Assembly: GCA_045837725.1 (NCBI GenBank)
Contig: JBEWZL010000298.1
Location: 1 to 64,000, forward strand
DNA: 64,000 nucleotides
Reading direction: 5' to 3'
DNA from: Vermamoeba vermiformis
Lineage: Eukaryota
In this document: one piece after another, positions 54,101-64,000 of the stretch
Layout: each line of letters starts with the position of its first letter
Position numbering within the stretch: position 1 is the first letter of the stretch
Notes under the pieces: generated by a model
Told to the model about the DNA's origin: nothing
Seen by the model: only the letters and a program-made list of their open reading frames with translations
The model's database searches: none
Program-made: the position numbers and the translations under genes

Positions 54101-55483
54101 GACCAATCTTTGACTGACTCAGATTGCGATCATCCTCAATGCGGAGTGACTCTGTTGACACGTGTCAATATCAAACGATAAATTCTCGCAATCACTTACT
54201 TGGGGCTGCTAACAGGTAAAAACCGTAATCATCGTTCGGTCTGTCCAAATTAGGTAAGTCGATACTGACGGACACCTCGAAGTCAGTACACTCTGTTCTA
54301 TTTTTAGTCACATCAGGCACGAGCAAGTACTGCCAGCGATTGGTCACGTGCCCAGCTGAGTGTCGGTGTCGATACTGCACCCTGTTCACCGAACGCACTG
54401 TCACGTGGGTGTCGCGCGTGTGAGTGAGCTGCAGTTCAAAGGCACCTGTTGTTCCGCACTGAGCAGTGGCAGGTACTACCACAATTTCCTTATTAGTACA
54501 TCCCTCGATCAGGGCGTGTGCTTCAGTGTTCAGTGAAAAGTCGCTCATAGACAGCACTGTCGCATCGTAATTCTCCGCAGTGACACGCATGACAGTCGCG
54601 TCATCGAGCAGTGTTGGTGCAGACCAGCGATTGACACCTGTCGGCTGGAGTGTGGCCAAATATAGTCCGATGAGGTCTTCAAAGTCTGTGCGGGGCTGTA
54701 TCAGTGTCACGTGCACCTCGCCATCGGAGATCACCCGATACTGCGGATTGAGATAGAACTGCGGACTCAAAATAGAACCGCCACTGCTGCGTGCTGTCCA
54801 CTGACCCTGCGTGACACGTGTCAATGTGCGGCCTGTGAGTGTTGTAACGTACCTTGACAGTGACGGTACAGAGTTCAGCGGATGAAATTTCAGTCAGCTG
54901 TGATATTCGTGCAGATACACAGCCCTGGTCGATCACGTGACCGCGCAGAGTGAATGGCGCGCAGTGATTGGGCTCAAAGGTGCAGGGCATCAGCACCCAT
55001 CGTGTCACGTGATCAGCGCTCTCGGGGGTGACTTCGACTTGACATTTGACTATTAATAGCAGTGTTAGTGTCGTTCAGTGAATGAAATGTCATGCAGCGA
55101 CCCTTACCGACTTGACTGCGCTTGAATGCTTTGTAAATGGTGCGGTGTGCATTCACATCCAGCACTCGACCACCAAATGATTCTGAAAGTTTGTATTTAA
55201 ATGATTGCACGATTATTAATAACAATTAAACAACATTAAATACCTTTGTAATCGAATATGTACAGGCCTAGAGGTGTAGAAACTGACGGGCTGATCCGCT
55301 CCAAAGTGAGTACTAATGTGCAATGTCCAGTAATCTCTATCAAATATTGTCTATTATTTCGCCAACTAGGGTAATTCAAACACCCTCCTGCTGTGTGTAG
55401 ATCCCACGAAGACTGATCGAAGCACATTAGTACAAATATTGCAAGCTAGTTCGACTACGTACTTGAAGTACTATCTCCCCCAT
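51190..55483 (-). CDS. Tandem calpain domain-III (C2-like) repeats + DH-PH RhoGEF
   Basis: Repeats of W...(S/A)GG...NPxY (e.g. AGGCLNYPSWRNNRQY, KGKWSKETSGG...NNPHY); DH EILQTERSYV, LIMPVQRIPRY; PH VFLFNDMLL...QEW. Confidence 0.85.
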
Positions 55484-55658
55484 GTATTAGATCTATTGAA
55501 GTGTATTTGAAATTGAAATTGCTTTGAAATGTATGCGGCCAAATTAGTACAAATTTGAAATCTCGTGGAAATTTAAGAACTCTGAGACACAGCATAACGG
55601 TTAAGGTGCTATTTACAAAGTGTTAGGTATCAGATATATCTACATCACATAGAATGCA

Positions 55659-56479
55659 TTAATCGTCATTATCGACATTCAAGCTCGTGTAACCAGAGCC
55701 TTTCTGTTCAGATGCAGGCTTGATCAGTCGACTTTGTCTGAGCTGTTGATGCAGACCACTCGCATTGAGATTGGTCGGTGGTGCTGCAGTTACGGGCAAT
55801 AAGGACTCGCGCTCTAACGACACCGATCAACAACAGAGCAGTGGCGAGCTAGATCCAGTACGTACCGGGTATGATGGGATGACCGCGCAGTGAGCGGTGC
55901 AAGAAGAAGGCAAACAGACCTCCTACGACCTTGAGAGCCATACCAAAGGCGAGCAGTATAATGTAGTAGTTGCTGCGGTGAGGTGTCAGTACACAACAGT
56001 CTCTCCTATGCACTAGGCGATATCGCTACATACGACAGCGAGGTGGCGGTGCCGAGTGTGTGTGTCTGCAAGTACTGCGCCCACAACAACAAGCGCGCTG
56101 TGTCGACGGCTGTGGAGAACACCGAGCAGAACAGGATGTACTGGAACGGAGTCAAGGAAGCATTGGATGGTAGCGTGTATTTAAGCATTTGTACTGATCG
56201 AATAGTGGCTGTACAATGATTTAAATACTTGAAATTGAAAAATAAAAAAATCGAAAATAAATAATCGCTTCTAGGATACTGCCAACAATGAGCTCTTATT
56301 GTTCCGATACCATCCTATATAATATTAAAACATTTATAATTAACAAATAAAATCTTACCGTAAAAGCCAAATAGCGACAAAACCAGATTGAGATCTGACA
56401 ACAAGAACAGCGAGTTGAGGATGCTGAGCAGTACTTGGCCTACAAGTACTATAAGAAAGAATGTGCGCACCAAACTCAT
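55659..56479 (-). CDS. Small multi-pass (about 4 TM) membrane protein, AGTRAP-like
   Basis: Five exons splice in frame: MSLVRTFFLIVLVG...GWYRNNKSSLLA|YILFCSVFSTAVDTARL...YIILLAFGMALKVVG...NVDNDD*. The family call is tentative. Confidence 0.6.
56141..56279 (-). other. U12-type GT-AG intron
   Basis: 5' splice site GTATCCTA; branch site TTCCTTGAC ending 10 nt before the 3' splice junction; phase-0 in-frame join LLA|YIL. Confidence 0.85.
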
Positions 56480-56639
56480 GGAAGTTGTAGTGCCGAATAT
56501 TCACGCGACTAGTCGAATGAAAAGTGGATCTGCATAAAATAATTTATCAGACACGTGACAGCAGAACACAGCTGCTCACAGTACTGTTAGGAAAGATATT
56601 AGTATTCGACAGATATTGATATAGTTGTAGTGCGTTGAC

Positions 56640-58262
56640 ATGTTGCTCACAACGCTCACTCGATCCACTTGGCGAACACTGAACTCAGGCAAAAGTAATT
56701 TTCAATAATTGAGATATTACTACATAAAGGCCATATATTTGTAATAGTGTGTCAGAAAATTAATTAAAAATATTCTAGAATTTGTAGAGAGCAGATCCAG
56801 CCTCACATCTGTGTTCGTGCGTCACCAGTCCACTGACTTGAAGCGCGCATCACCACAAGGTACCACGCACGCTATAACTGCAACACTACTGACACCCCTC
56901 AGATGTGGAGTTCATTCGTCAACGGCGCGCAGATCCCACGAACAAATGTCACAATCTGCCGCCGCACATTGAGCAGTACGTGGGCATCAATCTGCACAAG
57001 CGCCTGCACCATCCACTCAACACCATCAAGGGCATCATTGAGAACTACTTTGCGAACGATTATCTGCCCAGAAACTTCACCAAGTACGCTGCCTTGTCTC
57101 GAGCCATTACCAAATTAGGCAATCACTTGTACTGACGCCATTCACTGAACAGAGCCGACAACACGCGTCAAATGCAGGTGTTTGATGACCTGAGTCCAGT
57201 GGTCACTACGCAACAGAACTTCGATGCGCTGCTCATACCACGTGATCACGTCAGCCGTTCACTGAACGACACGTACTACATTGACAGCGAGCACGTGTTG
57301 CGCACTCACACCAGCGCACACCAAGAGGAGCTCATGAAGCGCGACTACCGCTCATTTCTCGCGACTGGTGAGTGACAGCCTGCATGCCACGTGACACTGA
57401 CTTGCCTAATTAGGTGATGTGTACCGCCGCGATGAGATCGATGTGACGCACTTCCCCGTGTTCCATCAGATGGAAGGTGTGCGCGTGTTCGATGCGCGCG
57501 AACTGGCCCTGCTGTCACGTGATCGCAACGATGCAGACCCCATTCAAGCAGTCGGAGCAGATCTCAAGGCCGCACTCAGTGGTCTCGCGCGGAGATTGTT
57601 CGGAGATCACGTGGAGATGCGCTGGGTCGATGCGTACTTCCCGTTCACTGAACCGAGCTGGGAACTCGAAGTGCAAATGGAGGGCAAGTGGCTGGAAGTG
57701 CTGGGCTGCGGCGTGATCAATCGTGCCATCACGCGCAACTGTTTCGCGCAGAACAGCAGTGCAGATCCCGCGCAACACGTGCAGGGCTGGGCATTTGGAT
57801 TGGGGCTGGAACGATTGGCGATGCGGCTGTTTGATATACCAGACATTCGACTGTTCTGGTCGCAGGGTGAGTAGCGCTCGATAGTATACTATTGGGGCTA
57901 GTACTCATCGCACTTTGAGAGCAGATCCGCGCTTCATCGAGCAGTTCAGAGCGGGATCCATCCACAAGTTCAAGCCGTTCAGCAAACACCCAGCTTGCTT
58001 CAAAGACATCTCGTTCTGGCTGAGCAGCGCTGACTTCCATTCAAACAACTTCTTCGAGCTCGTGCGCGAGATTGCGGGAGATTTAGTGGAGGACGTGCAG
58101 CTCGTGGATCAGTTCACGCACCCCAAGACGCAGCGCAAGTCTGTTTGCTACCGCATCAACTACCGCTCCATGGACCGCACCCTCACCAACGAGGAGATTG
58201 ATGCGCTGCAACGACAATTGCGCGAGAGAGTACCTGTCGTGTTCAATGTGGAGCTGCGATAA
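56640..58262 (+). CDS. FARS2: Mitochondrial phenylalanyl-tRNA synthetase
   Basis: Presequence; [54 protein letters not shown]-terminal FDX anticodon-binding domain. Confidence 0.97.
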
Positions 58263-58504
58263 CAAGCCCGTGTCGTGGATGTGCTGACCACATCTGGCTT
58301 GAGAATGTTGTGAATAAAAGAAGAGCCCGTGTATTTATCTGCATTCGTATAGGTATAATCAGATCCGTCCCCTCGTAGCACGGTGTCAGTTGCTCCGTCA
58401 TTCAACGCACGTGACGGCTGATGGAGCACGTGATTTTCTCGTGAAAATACGAAAGCACCAAATCAACAGCGCAACCAACACGAATAGGCACAACAGCACA
58501 CACC

Positions 58505-60805
58505 ATGATGAGCTCATTTCAAGATCGCATGGAGGCCTGTCCTATTTGTGCGGCCTTGATTCCCAGTGCGCAGATTGAACTGCACGTTAATGAGGTGAGT
58601 GCTGCACGCTGTCGGGCCTGTAACTAATGCTGGTATTGCAGTGCTTGTCGAAGATGGACGTACAAGACAATCCACAACCACAACCTGACCCGCAACCTCA
58701 ATATCACCCAACCAATCCCTTCTTACAACCTCAACAACCGAATCCAGATCAAGACATTGTTAAATTTTTAATGGAAGAGGAAGAGCGTATTAAAAATCAG
58801 CGACAATTAGAAGAGCTTGAAAATGAAAGGTAATTCTTATTATTATAATAGTGGTAATTTTATTAGTCATTTTCGCACGCTGCGGAATTCTGGCGATGAA
58901 TTAGCGTGCACTGAGAATGCACCGATAATGCAGTACGCATGCTGATATACATCTCCAGACTGTTAAAAGAGCTGTTGGAACAAGAGCGGTTAGAACTCGA
59001 ACAAGCACGCCGTCAGCGCGAGGTGATGGATGAGCAGTACGAGTGCGCGCTCTGTCACTTGAAATTCGCATTTGAACGCATGCTGTTCTTGGATGTGAGT
59101 CACTGAGGCCTGTATATATATATGCACCACAACTAACACCCCCCGCAGAGCTGTGGCCACTACTTCTGTCAGCTCTGTCTCGCCAAACACGCCACTGCAC
59201 ACGTGGACGAGAAGCGTGTCGGTGAAATTTCGTGTCCGCACTGCACCACTCCACTCACCGCGCTCGAGATCAAGGTGCGTACTGGCACGTGACAGGTGTC
59301 ATCGTTGCGTGTCACACTCACGTTCTATATTTAGACGCTGCTGACCCCCGCCAAGTACGACGAGTACCTCACGCAGTCCGTGACCGCCGTGCTCGCCGCC
59401 AATCCCGCGCAGTTCACGCAGTGTCCCAATCAGCAGTGCGGCGTGGTGATTGAGCGCGTGCATGCCACCAGCGCGAATGAGAGCAAAGGTGAGTTGGGCC
59501 CTGATGGACGTCCGCTCAGTGAAGTGGCACAGCGCCACAAGAACGAGTTTCGACTGCGGTGTCGCGAGTGTCAAACAGAGTTCTGCGCCAGCTGTCGTCT
59601 GGTGCCCTATCACTTGGGATTCACTTGCGAACAGGTACGTCGTTCACTGAACGCCACGTCACTGCGTATACTGACAAGTGCCACCAGCACGCGGTGTACC
59701 TCAAGTCGCAGCACTGTCGATTCTGCGACACGCCGCTGAGTGCCGAGAACACACTGCGCGGTCACAGCTTGGTGTGCACGGAGCAGGACTGTGCGGCACG
59801 TGTGCTCATCTGCTGCGACAAACAGCTCGCGTGCGGACATCCGTGCGGCGGTGTGAAGGACGAGGCCGTGTGTCCGCCGTGTCTGCGCTGCGAGGGGAGT
59901 GCGCAACAGAGCGGCGAGGACTACTGCGCCATCTGCTGGACCGAAGCACTGCGCCAAGCCCCCGTGGTGCAGCTGGAGTGCGGGCACATGCTGCACTACG
60001 AGTGCTGCAAGAAGAAGATTGAGAGCAAGTGGTCGGGGGCCGTCATCTCCTTCGCCTTCTTGGACTGTCCGCTCTGCAAGAAGCGCATGCACAATCCCGC
60101 GCTGCAGGCCAGTCTGCACGAGGTAGTGGCGCTGTATCAGGACGTGGAGAGCAAGGCCCTGCAGCGCTTGAAGTACCTGAATCAGGAACAGTGCAAGGAC
60201 ATTACGGACGAGAAGAGTCGCTTCTACAAGGACCCCACGGGCTATGCACTCAACAAGTTCTGCTACTACCTCTGTTACAAGTGCAAGGTACGTACTGTGG
60301 GCTCAGTGTAGCGCCGAGTACTCACTCTTAATGCGCGCAGAAACCCTATTTTGGTGGTGAGCGCGACTGCAATGCGGAACAGCGCGTGGCTGACTACAAC
60401 CCTGCTGAACTGGTCTGCGGTGGCTGTTCTAATTTTGGCAACAAGAACTCGTGCACCATACACGGCAACGACTTTATGTACGTGTTACCCTATCTATATA
60501 TATACCGCGTACTGACCGCACTCGTTCAGTGAATACAAGTGTCGCTTCTGCTGCAGTGTGGCGTGTTGGTTCTGTTGGGGCACCACGCACTTCTGCGAGC
60601 CCTGTCACCGCATTGCCACCGAGATTGCTAAGCGGCCGAAGAAAGGTACGTAGTGTCTGGCTAGTGTCTGGCTAGTGTTGCAGTGACAGTGACTCACACA
60701 CGTGTTGCAGATCTGCCCAAGTGTACCTGCACGGTGCCACATCCACCCAACGGCGAGGAGTACTGTCTCGGGTGCTCGTTGTGTCGCATTCAACAAGAGT
60801 TTTGA
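58505..60805 (+). CDS. E3 ligase: UBZ + RING1 + IBR + MYCBP2/PHR-type RING-H2 and tandem-cysteine (RCR) domain
   Basis: CPICAALI...HVNECL; CALC...CGHYFCQLC...CPHC; CPNQQC...CREC...FCASC...YHLGFTC; CAICWTE...CGHMLH..CC; PYFGGERDC; YKCRFCCSVACWFCWGTTHFCEPCH. Confidence 0.9.
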
Positions 60806-61004
60806 GCGCGTTGTACATAATAATAATAATCGGAGCACTGAGGTCCCTCTTGTATTATAATAAAGACCTGTCGATCTGAATGAAATCTCACGCGCAGCTG
60901 AAGATTTTGCGCGCCATTTTCTTTCGAGCCTTGTTTCGTTATCTCCGGCCTCATTACTAGCACAGGTCAATTTATTTTATAGTAGTGTGCTCGCATATTT
61001 ATTC

Positions 61005-63293
61005 ATGAGCAGTAGGAACAGACCTGAAGAGTACGTTGAGCAGATCAGACAAAAAAAGTTGAAAATTAATAATTTTAGTGAATTTATTTTGCCGAATATA
61101 TTTATTATTCCGCAATATTATGCACCAAATAACACGTGAAAAATAAATTTAACATTAATATAATATTTGCTGGATCTAACGCTCACAGGGAGGGCAGCCA
61201 AACACGGCGCAAGAGACGCATAGTGCCACCACCAGCGAGCAAAGAACAGCCCAATATTTACAAATATGGACTCAGAACACCTCGTCGCACGGGCAATGAG
61301 GGTGAGGCAGATGCACCCAGCGCAGCGGAAGAACTCGAGAAGGAAGTGAAGCAGAACGGCACGAACACCAATGTGACACGTGTCAATGTGGAGCCCGAGC
61401 AGCCAGCAGCCCCTGTCGCGCAAGTCGTCGCAGTGCCAGTACGTCCAGCAGCACGTGTCCAGTCACGTGTGCCGTGGAGTGTAGTGCTGGCACCGCTGTG
61501 GTACCCCGTGTGGATCACGTGGCTGTGCTGCTACACCGTGTTCAGCGTGCTGACGTACTGGGACACGGTGCTGCTCGTGCACCTGCATCAGTTCTACCGC
61601 TACACACTCGGAGCACGTGATCGCGCACGTGATTATCATCCCACACAACTCGGTCGCACACTGCTCACCGCACTGCTCGCTGCGGCACTGCTCTGGACAC
61701 TGCTGTCGCGGCCTGGGCACTCGTCCCTCAACCAGGGCACGGCGCAGGACCTGCACGAGTTTGAAGCCCTGAGCGAGGAATTGGAGCACGTGAAGAGCAG
61801 CACACGTGATCTGCTGGCACGGCTCGAGTCAGTACCGAGTGCGACACGTGTGCAGCTGTTGGAAGAGCACGTGCGCACACTGGACAAGAGCGTGGATCAG
61901 CTGAACAAGCACGTGACTGGCCTGAAGAGTGGCAGCGAGGGCACGAGTGTGGCGAGTGTGAGTGAGGAGCTGTTGCGTGACATGAGTGTCTCGATCAGCA
62001 CGCTGCAGAACAATCTCGCCAACACCGCGCACAGGTACGTAGCGATTGCAATTCACTGAACGGCAACACTGACACGTGTCAGCCTCGAGGACAAGGTGAC
62101 CATTCTCACGGAACGATTGGCCGGACTGTCCCTCAGCTTCGATGCCCTCACTGAGCGCGTCAATCAGCAGACCGATGCACTGCGCGCACAGGTGCTGGCC
62201 GATGAACAGTTGCAACGCTTGATCGATCAGCGCATTCAACGCACACTCGAGTCAGATCCGCGCCTCAACAGACCGGAGGCACTGCCCAGCCTCACCGCTG
62301 AGCACGTGCACGCACTCGTGGAACGCGAACTCGCTGCATTCATGAACGACAAGGTGCAGACCCTGGTAGATGCCACGCTGCGCGATCTCCGCGGTGAGAT
62401 GCAGCAACAGCTCCAAGCGGAGTCACGTGCCAGTGTAGCGCGCGAGAGTGAACTGCGCAGTGCCCTGATCGATCACGTGACACAGCTGTTCAGTGAACGC
62501 ACGACACGCGTGGAGCACACGAGTGAGGGCACAGACAGGGCGTGGATTCAAGAGCAGATCCGTCGTGCCTTGCATCGTCACATTGAAGGTTCGTACTTGA
62601 ACATATATGATAGAGATATCACTAGACAATATGTGATACGCTCATATTGTAACACCACCACGTGATATTGTTGCACCCCTCGCACCGCACTGACCCCTGG
62701 CAGGTGACGTCACCGCGCGCACGGACTACGCACTGCTCACCGCTGATGCACACATTTACAAGCCCCTCACGCACTACGCACCACTGCCACCACCCGAGGC
62801 ACGTGCTTCCTCTTGGGGCTGGATCACTTCCTTATTTGGCAGTACCCCACGTGTGCGCACCCCCCACGGTCCTCGCGTGGCCATTCACCGCTCAGGGCCG
62901 CGCAGTGTGGGCGAGTGTTGGGGCTTTGGCGGTGCGCAGGCCAATCTGACGGTCAAACTTAGTCAACCCATCACTGTCAGTCACGTGACCATCGATCACC
63001 TGTCACGTGACATTGCGTACAACATTGAGAGTGCACCGCGCGAGTTCCAGATCTGGGCCGTGAATGCGACGCACGCAGATCCAGCGCACTCACCGCGCAC
63101 CTTGCTCGGCACCTTCGAGTACGACATTGAGGGCGAGCCTGTGCAGACCTTTGCATTGCCTAATAAGGCTATTCCGACGCAGTACATCACGCTGGCCATT
63201 CTGTCCAATCACGGCCACTACTACACGTGCTTGTACCGCTTCAGAGTGCACGGCACACCGCTGCAACACTCCGCGCCCAGCACCGTCAATTGA
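61005..63293 (+). CDS. SUN-domain nuclear envelope protein
   Basis: Hydrophobic/TM segments, coiled coils, DYAL...GECWGF...HVTIDH...SAPREF...SNHGHYYTCLYRFRVHG. Confidence 0.95.
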
Positions 63294-63465
63294 GCGACAT
63301 CTGGCCTGGAAGGGACTGCAGAACTCACCTGTGCGATATTCCTGTAAAATAAAGACACGTTGTATATAGTTGGTGCGTGCTGTGCAGTCCTTGGCCCTGG
63401 TAGAGGTGTTGTGCGACATTTTCAGACCAGTCAATTAACACCTCAAACTCACATCGAGCACACCA

Positions 63466-64000
63466 ATGGCTGATAAGACTGTGTACAAGGTCGTATTCGT
63501 GCGTCACGGCGAGTCCGTGTGGAACAAAGAGAACAGATTCACTGGCTGGACTGATGTCGATCTCTCTGAAAAGGGTGTCGAAGAAGCGAAACAAGGTGCT
63601 CTTGCTTTGAAAAATGCGGGTATGTACTGCGTATATTTAATTCCATGCATTCCGTTCTCCACCAGCACGCAATTATTAAAAGATTTTTATTGAAAATTTT
63701 TGCGTTGAATTTTCGTGAATCTGCAATCAATTCGCTGACTGACACGTACAGGCTTTGAATTCGATGTTGCCTACACTAGTGTGCTGAAGCGAGCTATCAA
63801 GACGTTGTGGTACGTGTTGGAAGGCTTGGATTCGTACTGGTTGCCCGTCACTCGCGACTGGCGCTTGAACGAGCGACACTACGGCGCACTGCAGGGCCTG
63901 AACAAGGCTGAGACCGCAGCACTGCACGGCGAACAACAGGTGCTCGTGTGGCGCAGATCGTACGACATTCCACCCCCCGCACTCGAAGTGTCAGATCCGC
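63466..64000 (+). CDS. gpmA: Cofactor-dependent phosphoglycerate mutase (3'-truncated by window edge)
   Basis: [50 protein letters not shown]. Confidence 0.97.

Noticed and set aside
1-64000. Alternative genetic code suggested by fragmented ORFs
   Set aside because: Fragmentation is explained by short GT-AG introns; TAA, TAG and TGA all terminate well-conserved genes.

Overview
Gene-dense, intron-rich eukaryotic (protist) nuclear DNA read with the standard code. The gene content (class C GPCR, TRAF-like RING protein, minor-spliceosome introns, IPT-repeat receptor) suggests a free-living amoeba-like lineage; this is inference. About 28 spliced protein-coding genes can be reconstructed by hand. 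No rRNA, tRNA, CRISPR array or clear transposon was seen. Highlights: (1) a plexin-like receptor (propeller + 7 PSI/IPT units + TM + unsplit RasGAP); (2) strong regional enrichment of the palindrome CACGTG inside exons and introns, reminiscent of cyanobacterial HIP1; (3) a head-to-head pair of a bacterial/phage-type family A DNA polymerase with degenerate exonuclease motifs and a Pol-beta-like nucleotidyltransferase; (4) a PH + peroxiredoxin-like CxxC + RapGAP fusion; (5) a hybrid RING1-IBR + MYCBP2-type RING-Cys-relay E3 ligase; (6) a secreted SH3b + bacterial-type Zn peptidase; (7) two U12-type introns. Gene models and coordinates are manual reconstructions without transcript evidence or database searches.
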